Source of the DNA: a virus
Strand: one strand, 5' to 3'
DNA: 64,000 nt
Virus record (IMG/VR): IMGVR_UViG_3300045988_061615
Shown: positions 29,441 through 38,579 of the stretch, in pieces
Layout of the letters: each line of letters starts with the position of its first letter
How positions within the stretch are numbered: position 1 is the first letter of the stretch
Position numbers and translations under genes: made by a program
Notes under the pieces: model-generated
Seen by the model: the letters and a program-made list of their open reading frames with translations, nothing else
The model's database searches: none
Told to the model about the DNA's origin: nothing

Positions 29441-30358
29441 TTAGAATTCTATAGGTCTTCTGCTATTCTTTCTGGCTTCTAATATAGCTTCCTTCTTATA
29501 GAACCTACACATTCTTTCCACATCATCCTTCAGATAGTCAAGCTCATGTTCTGTAACATTGCCTTGATGGTCGTAATGTATAAGTATTAATTTCTTAACG
29601 ACGAACTTAGGGTTTAGCTTCTGAAGCATCCAGGCATAAGTTGATAACTGTAATGCATAGTGCATCTTGTTACAATCCATAATGTTATTCATAGGATACT
29701 TCATCATTTGACACTTCTTTGTTCTCTTATCAAAGAATGACTTATCATCCAATTTCTTATTAGTCTTATAGTCTATGATATAGATGTCATTGCCGTCCTT
29801 AATTAGTAAGTCGATCTGACCTGCTAATCTAAACTTACCATCATCTGACTTTCTATATATCATATACTCAGGGAATACTCCCTTCTCAATGTCAAGTAAA
29901 TCCTTATTGCGCTCCATTAATGAGTCATTAGTATTTACTTCAAACTTACCTCCAAGTCCAAACTTTCTTAATTCACATTGCTTCTTAGAAGTATAATTGC
30001 CTTCTAATTCTGCATGAATTTTAGAACCCCTTTCGCAGGATTCAGCATTAGTCTTCTGCCACTCATCTAAAATATCTTGTTGAGCTTTATTGTAATCATT
30101 AACAGTAAACCCATACATATCGCAGAAGTATTTAACATCTATCTTATGTGTGTTTAGTAGCTGAGACTTCTCAGCCTTAAATTCGTCTGCTGATAATAAC
30201 TTCTCTAATGCTTTATAGCCTGACCAGAAATCCTTATCAAAATCTTGGCAGAATTTGCCAATTAATGTTGTTACTGATACATATACTCCATTTTCATCCC
30301 AGTACATATGCTTCTCATCGTTGTAGCAAACGTTCTGGTTCCGCTTGTCCACTTTCAT
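29441..30358 (-). CDS. PD-(D/E)XK family nuclease
   Basis: 305-aa ORF. GQIDLLIKDG..IYIIDYKTNKK fits the D..(D/E)xK core. N-terminal H.Y....G.YVSVTTLI motif as in RecB/Cas4/YqaJ-like nucleases. Confidence 0.55.
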   Translation of the reverse strand: MKVDKRNQNVCYNDEKHMYWDENGVYVSVTTLIGKFCQDFDKDFWSGYKALEKLLSADEFKAEKSQLLNTHKIDVKYFCDMYGFTVNDYNKAQQDILDEWQKTNAESCERGSKIHAELEGNYTSKKQCELRKFGLGGKFEVNTNDSLMERNKDLLDIEKGVFPEYMIYRKSDDGKFRLAGQIDLLIKDGNDIYIIDYKTNKKLDDKSFFDKRTKKCQMMKYPMNNIMDCNKMHYALQLSTYAWMLQKLNPKFVVKKLILIHYDHQGNVTEHELDYLKDDVERMCRFYKKEAILEARKNSRRPIEF

Positions 30359-31052
30359 ATAGCCTTTTAAATTTATCCTTTACTGAATTATAATCTAACC
30401 ATGTTGTAAGAGGTTGAAGAGATGGGGCTATTATAGATTGATAATATCCCAGGTAATATTCCTTCTTAATAGGATAGATAACCACAAGCATTCCTACAGG
30501 TCCGTCTACTCCAGATAGCCTATAGAAGGCAGCTGACTTAGCATTGCTACGTTGTAACAACTCTACTAAGTTGGGCAGACTTGTGCTATATTGTTGAATA
30601 CTATCCATTCTTAAAGACTTATTCTCATTTATCTTTTCAATCTCATCTCCATAGTTTGTATATTCTAGCTCCTTCCATATTCTTAAACAGCTCTTAGTAT
30701 CCAGACCTCTCTTCTTCTCAGTTAGTGCTGTAAGGTATCTATACGATAATCCATGAGTACTAACCAAGGAATTGTGATAATTCAATAGGATAACATTAGA
30801 CGCATCCTTGTCCTGTACCAATATTCTTTCAATGCATTCATTAATAGAAGGGGAGATTATCTTTGTATATTCCTCAGCGAGGTACTTTTCCTGCTGGACT
30901 TGTTCAGTATAATCTTGTAAGATAAGTTTCGTATGACCTCTAAAACTAGTTTCCACTACTATTACTGATAAAACTATAATAATGATAGTCTTAACGTTTG
31001 GACCTAAGTTATTAATCCAGCCATAAATTGCTTCTAGTCTACTTAACGACAT
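30315..31052 (-). CDS. membrane-anchored hypothetical protein
   Basis: 245-aa ORF with an N-terminal hydrophobic helix (IIIIVLSVIVV). Confidence 0.45.
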   Translation of the reverse strand: MSLSRLEAIYGWINNLGPNVKTIIIIVLSVIVVETSFRGHTKLILQDYTEQVQQEKYLAEEYTKIISPSINECIERILVQDKDASNVILLNYHNSLVSTHGLSYRYLTALTEKKRGLDTKSCLRIWKELEYTNYGDEIEKINENKSLRMDSIQQYSTSLPNLVELLQRSNAKSAAFYRLSGVDGPVGMLVVIYPIKKEYYLGYYQSIIAPSLQPLTTWLDYNSVKDKFKRLYESGQAEPERLLQR

Positions 31053-31181
31053 TAATCTATTTCCTTTAATTGTTGAATGTTAGTCTGTCTGAAATTAAAC
31101 TCTAATTCATTTTCATCAATCCATTATTTATAATTTACTACCTTTCATTTGATAATGTGCAAATTTAGCTTTAATTTTGTA

Positions 31182-31189
31182 AATAAAAA
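31182..31189 (+). promoter_or_regulatory. Bacteroidota-type -7 promoter element candidate (TAATTTTG)
   Basis: Matches TAnnTTTG about 25 nt upstream of the ATG at 31214, in the divergent intergenic region 31053-31213. Confidence 0.3.
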
Positions 31190-31213
31190 AATGAAACATA
31201 AACTTATTTAATT

Positions 31214-31513
31214 ATGGAACTAAATCAGAAAGAATTGAAGGCAATGTACGTCTCTTTAAGGGAAATGTGCAGTAATGTAGATTGTGGGGGTATTCCTATG
31301 TTTAGACAGGGAAGTAAGTTAATACCAAGATGTAAGAATGGAAGTGGTATCCATATTAAGAAAGAGAATAGAGGTAAGTTTACAGCATCAGCTAAGAAAG
31401 CTGGACAAAGTGTTCAAGAACATGCACGTTCTGTACTTAATAATCCTAATGCTACTCCATTACAGAAGAAGAGAGCTAATTTCGCTAGGAATGCAGCTAA
31501 GTGGCATCATTAA
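31214..31513 (+). CDS. small basic hypothetical protein
   Basis: 99-aa ORF. First plus-strand gene after the strand switch. Confidence 0.45.
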   Translation: MELNQKELKAMYVSLREMCSNVDCGGIPMFRQGSKLIPRCKNGSGIHIKKENRGKFTASAKKAGQSVQEHARSVLNNPNATPLQKKRANFARNAAKWHH

Positions 31514-31522
31514 TGATTAATT

Positions 31523-31795
31523 ATGACAGAGAATGCTGAAACAGCTAAAATTAACAAAAGTTTATTAAGGGAGAGGAAGAAAGAATGTTGTATATGTGGG
31601 GAGACTACTTACTGCTGCTTAGAGTTACATCATATAAGGAATAAACTCTATACAATATCCAGAGCAGTTAAGAACCTTCCCACTCCTCTTTTTATAAAGG
31701 AGATGAATAAATGTATAGTAGTTTGCTCAAACTGCCACAAGAAACTACATAATAATATTATTAGATATGAGGATAAAGAAGTTACAGGAAGGTAA
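31523..31795 (+). CDS. HNH endonuclease
   Basis: 90-aa ORF with CCICG..HHI..N..CSNCH spacing, a classic HNH/zinc-finger pattern. Confidence 0.65.
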   Translation: MTENAETAKINKSLLRERKKECCICGETTYCCLELHHIRNKLYTISRAVKNLPTPLFIKEMNKCIVVCSNCHKKLHNNIIRYEDKEVTGR

Positions 31796-34022
31796 TATAG
31801 TAGCTAAACAGGATAATACTAGAGTAACTAGACCTATTGTTCCAGAAATTATTAAGGCTAAACCTAGACAAGACCAGCTTATTGATTTGGGAGGAACACC
31901 ATCTACTGATACCAGAACTGCTGCTGAGAGAAACAGAGACTACTGGCATTCTATTAAAGGAGCTAAGGAGAGGTTTAAATCTTCAATGAGGAATGAAACT
32001 AATCCATTAGTAGGCTTAGAAAGGACAGTAATGCCTGCAATGGCAGGAGCTGCATTAGTAACAACTCCAGCTACAGTACTGGGAGGATTATTAGGTAGTG
32101 AAACTGTTAATAATGCTACTGGTGGATTTGGACAATGGCTTGAAGGTAAGACTGGTATTCCGTCTGAAGTTGGAGAATATCTAAACCCAGGTGCAGTATA
32201 CGGAGGAAGTAAAGGACTTAATATTACTAAGAATGGATTAGCTACTAAGTTTATTAAGGGAGATGCTGACTTAGGTTGGAATGCTCTTAATAAGAATCAT
32301 TGGATATTTAATAGAGAAGCACGTACTCCTACTAACATTGCTATGGCTACTGCTAATAGAGTAATGCCATTCTTATCTAATGTAGAGAAGACTCCAGCTA
32401 GAGTTGCAGCTTATAAAGTAGGCAGAAGAACTAAAGGTAATGCTTCTGTATCTCTAAAGGATATAAAGAGTAATGAATCTACATATACTGGTTCAGCAAC
32501 ACCAGAGGGTAATAATGGTGATAGGGACTTATTAGGAATGTATCTATTCAAGAATGACCCACTAATAAGTAGAAGTCCTTGGTTTCAAAGAGTAGCTCAA
32601 TCATTTAAGCCAGCTAAGGGTCAAGGGTTCAGTCATGGTGAGAGGTATAATAAGTTATATCATGGTATTGAGAATAGAAGATACCAAATGCAATCTGTAG
32701 TTAAAGATTCTAGACCATTAAGGTTTAGAGATATAGAAGAGTTCAATGAATACTCTAATGGTATAGGTAAGTTGCAAGGTAAGGAAGGTGATATGGTTAT
32801 TGAAATGCCAGATGGATTCCAAACCTTTAGACAACCTGGTACTAATTATGCAGGACCAATAGATGATGTGGGAGGTCATGTTATAAAGATTGACTACAAT
32901 AATAAGGGCAAGCTTACTCAAATATCCCAAGATATGTGGAAATTTAATCCAGCTGACTATGCTAAAAGATGGTCTGGGAAGAATGTAGCAGAAGGAGTAA
33001 GAGCTACTAAACAAGCTGCATTAATGGATAAGGTTGGAACTCCGTTTATATTACAACAAGAGAATCCTATTTATATAGGTAGTAGGAGAGTTTGGGATAG
33101 TATTAAGAGTATTCCTAAGAATCCATACATAAGAAGACAGCCTCTAATGCAAGGTTCATTATTAACTCTCAAGAAAGGTGGAAGTTTAGTATCAGATGGT
33201 AGGAGATTTAAGTTTAAGGATTCTACATTAGTAAGGAACTCTAAGACTCTTAATAACAAGAGAGACATGAGGAAGAAGTTCATGAAGTCTGACAGACCTA
33301 CATATTCTAATAATAGAGTTAGGAAGGGACAAGAAGGATTGAGGTTTACTAGGTATGATGCAATAGAAAGACCCACATTTAATATGGATAATACCTTTGA
33401 GGAGTATAGATTCCCAGTTGATAATGTACCTACACCTATTATTAATAAGGAAGTGGAAACTCCAGTAGATGTACAACAACCTGTTATTAAAGAAGAACAA
33501 CCTATGAAGAGAGAACTATTTAACATTAAGCCATCTAAGGGTTTAGATGAATTTAATAAGTGGTATGATGAAGTAGAGCAAGAAGACCCAGAAGCTAAGA
33601 ACTATAGACAGTTCCTTACTAAAATGGCTGAACAAGAATCTGGATTTAATAGTGCAATTCAGAATAGAGCTGGTGCCCCTGCTTATGGATATTTCCAATT
33701 CATGCAAGATGGTAAGAAATATAATAATATTTCTGCTTATGCTGGAACAGATGTAGATACATTTAGGAATAATCCTAAACTACAGATTAAAGCTGCTATT
33801 AAATTAGCTAAGCAATTTGAAAGAGGGTTTAATAAACAAGATTTAGAGCTAGCTGCACAAAAAGGATATACTAAATTTGGATTGTTAGGTGGAGCATGGT
33901 TAGCTGGTAATGGTGGAGTTAGAAAGTATCTACAAGGATTGGCTAACCCATCTGATAAACATTGGAGTAAATCTGGAAGTGGAACGGATGTAGCTAGTAG
34001 AATACAGATGTTTAATTTCTAA
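31767..34022 (+). CDS. large protein with C-terminal lytic transglycosylase (SLT) domain
   Basis: 751-aa ORF. The C-terminal AEQESGFNSAIQNRAGAPAYGYFQFMQ matches the E-S..GLMQ catalytic region of family-1 lytic transglycosylases. Confidence 0.65.
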   Translation: MRIKKLQEGNIVAKQDNTRVTRPIVPEIIKAKPRQDQLIDLGGTPSTDTRTAAERNRDYWHSIKGAKERFKSSMRNETNPLVGLERTVMPAMAGAALVTTPATVLGGLLGSETVNNATGGFGQWLEGKTGIPSEVGEYLNPGAVYGGSKGLNITKNGLATKFIKGDADLGWNALNKNHWIFNREARTPTNIAMATANRVMPFLSNVEKTPARVAAYKVGRRTKGNASVSLKDIKSNESTYTGSATPEGNNGDRDLLGMYLFKNDPLISRSPWFQRVAQSFKPAKGQGFSHGERYNKLYHGIENRRYQMQSVVKDSRPLRFRDIEEFNEYSNGIGKLQGKEGDMVIEMPDGFQTFRQPGTNYAGPIDDVGGHVIKIDYNNKGKLTQISQDMWKFNPADYAKRWSGKNVAEGVRATKQAALMDKVGTPFILQQENPIYIGSRRVWDSIKSIPKNPYIRRQPLMQGSLLTLKKGGSLVSDGRRFKFKDSTLVRNSKTLNNKRDMRKKFMKSDRPTYSNNRVRKGQEGLRFTRYDAIERPTFNMDNTFEEYRFPVDNVPTPIINKEVETPVDVQQPVIKEEQPMKRELFNIKPSKGLDEFNKWYDEVEQEDPEAKNYRQFLTKMAEQESGFNSAIQNRAGAPAYGYFQFMQDGKKYNNISAYAGTDVDTFRNNPKLQIKAAIKLAKQFERGFNKQDLELAAQKGYTKFGLLGGAWLAGNGGVRKYLQGLANPSDKHWSKSGSGTDVASRIQMFNF

Positions 34023-34026
34023 GAAC

Positions 34027-34284
34027 ATGAAATTTATAACCTTTATAAAGGGGATGGTTACTTCACATTCTGGCATTAGTAGTAAGAGAGTATGTGGAGT
34101 ATTAGGATGGATAGTAGCTATAGTAGTATTGTTATATTGTACTGTTCATGTTATCCAAGCCCCATTAATGATAGATACATTCTTAGTATGCTGTATGGCA
34201 CTACTTGGTATAGATTCAATAACTGGTATCTGGAAGAAATTTGATAAACATGATAGACCAAATAAAGAAATTCCTGAAGAGTAA
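34027..34284 (+). CDS. holin-like small membrane protein
   Basis: 85-aa ORF with two predicted transmembrane helices and a charged C-terminus, immediately downstream of the SLT-domain gene. Confidence 0.4.
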   Translation: MKFITFIKGMVTSHSGISSKRVCGVLGWIVAIVVLLYCTVHVIQAPLMIDTFLVCCMALLGIDSITGIWKKFDKHDRPNKEIPEE

Positions 34285-34483
34285 TAAAATATTACATATG
34301 ATATGCTGTTTTGCTATTGTAGTAATATTTGGATTAATCTTAAATGTAGTTAGTGGAATTGCTCTAGCTCTAATAGCTTCATTTGGTAAAGAAGCCTATG
34401 ATGAAGTAAAGTACAAAGGTTGGAGCTGGGATGATTTACTAGCAGATTTATTAGGAATAGTTTTAGGAATCTTAGTACTATGA
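34241..34483 (+). CDS. small membrane protein (holin/antiholin/spanin candidate)
   Basis: 80-aa ORF with 2-3 hydrophobic helices. Overlaps the previous gene. Confidence 0.35.
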   Translation: MINMIDQIKKFLKSNKILHMICCFAIVVIFGLILNVVSGIALALIASFGKEAYDEVKYKGWSWDDLLADLLGIVLGILVL

Positions 34484-34671
34484 ATTATAATCAAGCTACA
34501 CTCCATGCTGCCACTGGTAAGATATTAATGCTTCCAGGTTGGCACGGATACTTCTATTGGAACTATGGTACTAAAGAGTTGAACTTTAGAGACGGTGATT
34601 ATCATTTAGATGGGAAGCAATTACGAGATATGAACATTAGAGATAGGAATGATTGGTATTATATTACCTAA
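34480..34671 (+). CDS. hypothetical protein
   Basis: 63-aa ORF with an overlapping start. Confidence 0.3.
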   Translation: MNYNQATLHAATGKILMLPGWHGYFYWNYGTKELNFRDGDYHLDGKQLRDMNIRDRNDWYYIT

Positions 34672-34701
34672 ATTTTATTAACAATTAAACACAACACAAT
34701 T

Positions 34702-34902
34702 ATGAGACATTTTATGATGGACGTTTGGATTTGGACAGAGGATAAACATTCTAAGCCATTAAAGACAATTAGATTTGAACAAGACCATTTCCCTACCGAG
34801 AAGGAATGCTGGCATTGGTTTACTAAAGACGAAGATGTAGAAGTATATATGAAGAGTGGTATTTGTGTAAAATTCAATAATATACATGAGTATCAGAAAT
34901 AA
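34702..34902 (+). CDS. hypothetical protein
   Basis: 66-aa ORF followed by the bidirectional terminator hairpin at 34911-34950. Confidence 0.35.
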   Translation: MRHFMMDVWIWTEDKHSKPLKTIRFEQDHFPTEKECWHWFTKDEDVEVYMKSGICVKFNNIHEYQK

Positions 34903-34910
34903 ACAAAAAG

Positions 34911-34950
34911 GCGAGCCTAGCATTTAGCTAAGTTCGCCTTTAATTTTTAC
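34911..34950. terminator. bidirectional intrinsic terminator between convergent transcription units
   Basis: Imperfect GC-rich hairpin (GGCGAGCCTAGC..GCTAAGTTCGCC) followed by a T-run, sitting between a plus-strand gene and a minus-strand gene. Confidence 0.4.
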
Positions 34951-35102
34951 TGATAGTATTGAGTCTTCCCACTGTGTTGAGAAATTCTTTAGAGCATATA
35001 ATATATTCTCTCCGAGTCTATCTAAGGATGATTCTACCTCATTATATGGAAATGGGTCTATAACGCCATAGTCTATACCATATCCTCTAGTTCCTATTAC
35101 TG

Positions 35103-35387
35103 TTATAATGAATTGCATCTTCCTACAAATACAAGAATCGGATAACCATCTTCATCTAATTCCTCATTATACATCTTGTTAGATGTCAAGTTAGAGTAAC
35201 ATACTTCTAGTTCTACTGCTGGATATTTAAGATAGTCCCAGCCTGGATGTATATAAGCTCTTTCTTGTATAGCTCTACACTTTAGATTGTAGAGTGCAGG
35301 AGGCATTGGATTAGAATAATTAAGAACAGCTAAATTAAATAATGCTGCACCCTTCTCACCAGTTATAAATGTAAATTGATTACTCAT
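35103..35387 (-). CDS. hypothetical protein
   Basis: 94-aa ORF in a minus-strand block of small genes. Confidence 0.4.
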   Translation of the reverse strand: MSNQFTFITGEKGAALFNLAVLNYSNPMPPALYNLKCRAIQERAYIHPGWDYLKYPAVELEVCYSNLTSNKMYNEELDEDGYPILVFVGRCNSL

Positions 35388-35592
35388 AATATAATATTTT
35401 ACCGTAATAAGTTCCTTGTATGCTAATGCAGCAATCAGCTTGTCTTAAGAACATTTCATTATTCTTTGCCTCTACTGGAGCAATTATATATGATACATGA
35501 TGACCTCTCAGCTTACTAGCTATACTGTTATCTAAATCACCTTTCTCTATTAAAAGAACTTTGTCAGACCTATCATCCCTGAATACTTTCAT
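35380..35592 (-). CDS. hypothetical protein
   Basis: 70-aa ORF. Confidence 0.35.
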   Translation of the reverse strand: MKVFRDDRSDKVLLIEKGDLDNSIASKLRGHHVSYIIAPVEAKNNEMFLRQADCCISIQGTYYGKILYYE

Positions 35593-35794
35593 CCTTAGTC
35601 TTTATATATAGTTGGCAATGGCACATGCCCTCTTCCATTTCTCTAAACTCTTTACACATACATACTGTATTATCGTCCCTTACTAAGGAGCAAGGACAGT
35701 ATCTTTTACCATACTTCTCCTTGTTCCTTTGTAAGCCTGCTAATACAGCTTCCTTTATTTCTTTATTGTCAGTAATTCTTACCATATGTTTCAA
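35573..35794 (-). CDS. ferredoxin-thioredoxin-reductase-catalytic-subunit-like Fe-S protein
   Basis: 73-aa ORF with CPC..C.C..CHC spacing (CPCSLVRDDNTVCMCKEFREMEEGMCHC), as in the FTR catalytic chain and its homologues. Confidence 0.45.
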   Translation of the reverse strand: MKHMVRITDNKEIKEAVLAGLQRNKEKYGKRYCPCSLVRDDNTVCMCKEFREMEEGMCHCQLYIKTKDESIQG

Positions 35795-35978
35795 TTTCTA
35801 ACGCTCTTCTCTTGTCATTCTTTATCAATTCTGCCATCTGTTCATAAGCCTTGGCTAAGTGCATATGTAATAACTCCTCAGCAATTTGAGGATTAGTGGG
35901 GACTGTATGAGAAATTTGTACCGTTCTGTCTCCTTCTCGAAGGACTATATAGCACATTCTATCCCTGTAGTATATCAT
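35769..35978 (-). CDS. hypothetical protein
   Basis: 69-aa ORF. Confidence 0.35.
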   Translation of the reverse strand: MIYYRDRMCYIVLREGDRTVQISHTVPTNPQIAEELLHMHLAKAYEQMAELIKNDKRRALEIETYGKNY

Positions 35979-36122
35979 TTATTCTTCAGCTTTTCTTCTA
36001 GCTCAGCTATCCTCTTCTTTAAAGAATCATTCTCTTTAGCTAGTTCTATGTTATCATTCTTAACCTGTTCTGCCTTCTTCATAAACTCTTCTACACCCTG
36101 CTCAAACAGAGTTAGATTCATT

Positions 36123-36512
36123 TTAATTTGTCTGATTTCTGGAATCATTGTTAAACTTATCCTCTAGTTCATTAATAATTCTGTGAAGACTTGGAATCTT
36201 ACTTGTAATAATACTATCCAAGTAATCTTTAATATCATCCAGAGTCATTGCATCAAATTCATCTTTAGATAAATTACGTGATTCAATTGTCTCTATAAAT
36301 ACATCAATAGCATCTTTAATAGCCTGTTTGTCTCTTAGTAGCTGTTCATGCGTTAGATGAACATTAGTAATCTTAGAGAACAATGCTGGATACTTAGTAA
36401 ATATCTCTTCCAATTCTTCATCACTAATTAGCTGTAATAGTTCTACAGCTTTATTATAGAGTACTTGTGCCTCTACAACATCATACTTATCAAGTATAGC
36501 TTTTAATTGCAT
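36123..36512 (-). CDS. hypothetical protein
   Basis: 129-aa acidic ORF. Confidence 0.45.
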   Translation of the reverse strand: MQLKAILDKYDVVEAQVLYNKAVELLQLISDEELEEIFTKYPALFSKITNVHLTHEQLLRDKQAIKDAIDVFIETIESRNLSKDEFDAMTLDDIKDYLDSIITSKIPSLHRIINELEDKFNNDSRNQTN

Positions 36513-36715
36513 AGATTTCTGTAAATATTAGATAGTGTTAGACAATGCTCAATATTAGCACCATTCTCTAGTCCTGATATGATTTTATCTAATACTGTCA
36601 GTTTAGCCACCATAGCCTTACCCCATACAATAGAATCCTCTTTAGGTTCGCAAGAACCACACTGACATTTACAACCTTCTTCTGTTGTTACAATTTCTTT
36701 TACTTCTTTAGCCAT
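36503..36715 (-). CDS. Cys-rich small protein
   Basis: 70-aa ORF containing CKCQCGSC. Confidence 0.4.
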   Translation of the reverse strand: MAKEVKEIVTTEEGCKCQCGSCEPKEDSIVWGKAMVAKLTVLDKIISGLENGANIEHCLTLSNIYRNLCN

Positions 36716-36908
36716 AATTCAAAATTTTATAATTAATACGTTATTTCTTCCTTATTGTTTGGTAATACAAAGATAATACATTCTAAATAGATTACCTAAT
36801 GAGTTATACTTAAATATACTTAATATAGGTGAACTCAATTACTAGGTACTCCAAAAATACGCCCCTCCCCATTGAGGTGACCAGTCAATAAATATTTGAG
36901 TTTTATTG

Positions 36909-36924
36909 GTAGATAATTGTTAGA
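36909..36924. promoter_or_regulatory. 16-bp perfect palindrome GCAATTCGCGAATTGC in divergent intergenic region
   Basis: Exact inverted repeat in the 420-bp region where the minus-strand and plus-strand gene blocks diverge. Operator or origin-like. Confidence 0.35.
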
Positions 36925-37165
36925 TTCGCAATTCGCGAATTGCAAATTCTTTAGTCTGAGTTTGTTATGAGATATGTAGTAAGTGAAATGAGGTGTATTA
37001 TGAAAGGGAGGGTAGTGTACTACAAAACGCCCCCTCTGGGTTACTCAAGAAAAATCAAAAAGTTTTAGAGAATTGTCCTGTACTATTACTAATATATTTC
37101 ATCAGTCTTTGCTTGAATTGTTGAACTTAAAACCTTGCGGTGTAGAGGTGAACCGTCATACAGTC

Positions 37166-37246
37166 ATGCAAACTACATACGTTTTATTCAATGGTGTTTT
37201 GGTTACTTTACAAGAGTACAAAGAAATGATTGCAGAGCAACAATAG
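37166..37246 (+). CDS. mini-ORF (26 aa) MQTTYVLFNGVLVTLQEYKEMIAEQQ
   Basis: Has a paralogue at 37380-37457. Preceded by a CGGT..ACCG motif and followed by a GGGAGA..TCTCCC terminator hairpin. Confidence 0.35.
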   Translation: MQTTYVLFNGVLVTLQEYKEMIAEQQ

Positions 37247-37262
37247 TGCTCTGCTTTCAAAA

Positions 37263-37290
37263 GGGAGATTGTCTCCCTTTAATTCTTTTC
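37263..37290 (+). terminator. intrinsic terminator (GGGAGATTGTCTCCC + T-run)
   Basis: Perfect 6-bp stem with a 3-nt loop, followed by TTTAATTCTTTTCTTTT. Confidence 0.5.
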
Positions 37291-37379
37291 TTTTATATAC
37301 TATTACTTGTTATATATCTTCATTATGGTTTTGATTATTAACTTAGGCTTTGCGGTTGTGTGTAACCGTTATCAGAATT

Positions 37380-37457
37380 ATGAATACGACATACGTTCTT
37401 TATTGTGGTGCATTGATTACTTTAGCTGAATACAAAGCAATCATCGCTGAACAGTAG
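37380..37457 (+). CDS. mini-ORF (25 aa) MNTTYVLYCGALITLAEYKAIIAEQ, paralogue of previous
   Basis: Shares TTYVL..L..EYK.IIAEQ with the neighbouring mini-ORF. Has its own upstream motif and downstream hairpin. Confidence 0.35.
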   Translation: MNTTYVLYCGALITLAEYKAIIAEQ

Positions 37458-37464
37458 CATTAAT

Positions 37465-37492
37465 GGGAGTGGCGACACTCCCTTATTTTTTT
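37465..37492 (+). terminator. intrinsic terminator (GGGAGTGGCGACACTCCC + T9)
   Basis: 7-bp stem followed by TTATTTTTTTT. Confidence 0.55.
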
Positions 37493-37675
37493 TACTTTAA
37501 CATTTAACAATATGATTGAGAAGATTATCAATGGAACTTATAAAGCAAAGCTATTAAAGAAGAGACTTTGCGATGTGAAGATTATTGTTTGGGGTAATGG
37601 AGAACCTAAGACAATCGAACAAGTGAGTTACAATGAATATAACATCATTGAACCATACTTAGTTAAAGAGGGAGA

Positions 37676-37699
37676 GTAATCTCCCTTATTTTCTAATCA
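37676..37699 (+). terminator. intrinsic terminator (GGGAGAGTAATCTCCC + T-run); stop codon of the upstream 55-aa ORF lies in the loop
   Basis: Hairpin plus TTATTTTC, after the small ORF 37512-37682. Confidence 0.45.
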
Positions 37700-37877
37700 T
37701 TAATACTTATCTTATGAATACATTAACAGACAAAGAACTTAATGACTTACTATCATTAATGGTTATGGTTGGGCAACAACCATCTATTAAAGCTTATGAC
37801 CTTCTTGACCCATATTATGGAAAGGTCTCTCAGGAGGTGTGGGAACATGCTAACACTCTCATTCAGTTAAGACTAAG

Positions 37878-37905
37878 ACAGGGTTAATCCCTGTTTTAGT
37901 TTTTG
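37878..37905 (+). terminator. intrinsic terminator (ACAGGGTTAATCCCTGT + T-run)
   Basis: Hairpin plus TTTAGTTTTT, after the small ORF ending near 37886. Confidence 0.45.
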
Positions 37906-37996
37906 AATAATATACTATTACTTAATTAATATCTTCAGAATATCCTTGAATTATTAACTTTCCCTTTTACGGTGTGGGTAAAACCGTTAGAAGCAT

Positions 37997-38518
37997 ATGG
38001 ATACATTATTCAGCTTTGCAATCGAGTACAACAAGGCATTCTGTGCCAAGTTAGGTGTTGAGATTAAGACTGGCTTAGATGCCTTCGAGTCTAACGACAC
38101 AGTTGTGCGGCGTTCCTTAGAGGACGCAATGTTTCACGTTGGTGACATCGTGGAAATACCTGCAAAGGATAGTGACCAATGGGTTTCGTGTCCCGTAGCT
38201 AAAGGAGGCAATGCAGTGGTTCGTCCAGTCTGCAAGGTCACCGCATCAGACGGGACAGTTACAGCACGCGAGCTGTTTTACGGTACACTCACCAAATCGG
38301 TGCAGAATCGTGAGACGAAGCAGACCGTAGCTGTTACTGGCACGATTGTCGACGAACTTCGCAACTGCATCATGCAGAAGGAAGGTTGGTTGAAATTGTG
38401 CGGCAAGAAGCTCAAGGTGACCAATGCAGTCGAGGTGCCAATCATCCGAAGAGGGTGGAATGGGCAGCCAGACAGAGCTACCACAACCACAGTCTACAGC
38501 ATAGACGTGGTTGCCTAA
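37997..38518 (+). CDS. hypothetical protein, high-GC paralogue A
   Basis: 173-aa ORF that is clearly homologous to 39150..39680 (shared ..KSVQNRETKQ..VTG..PIIRRG(W/F)NGQPDR..). Local GC is about 50%, versus a genome background of roughly mid-30s percent. Confidence 0.6.
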   Translation: MDTLFSFAIEYNKAFCAKLGVEIKTGLDAFESNDTVVRRSLEDAMFHVGDIVEIPAKDSDQWVSCPVAKGGNAVVRPVCKVTASDGTVTARELFYGTLTKSVQNRETKQTVAVTGTIVDELRNCIMQKEGWLKLCGKKLKVTNAVEVPIIRRGWNGQPDRATTTTVYSIDVVA

Positions 38519-38524
38519 CACAAT

Positions 38525-38560
38525 GGAGAGTGGTGACAGCACTCTCCTTTCTTTTTAAAA
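38525..38560 (+). terminator. intrinsic terminator (GGAGAGTGGTGACAGCACTCTCC + TTTCTTTTT)
   Basis: 8-bp stem directly after the stop at 38518. Confidence 0.6.
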
Positions 38561-38579
38561 CAATTAAATACATTATATT

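Noticed and set aside
37135-37341. Track ORF 37135..37341 (+), 68 aa
   Set aside because: It runs across a clear terminator hairpin and overlaps a better-supported mini-ORF and paralogue architecture. Its odd composition looks spurious.
38246-38542. Minus-strand ORFs 38246..38542 and 38278..38490
   Set aside because: They are antisense to the GC-rich paralogue A gene. High GC inflates random ORF length.
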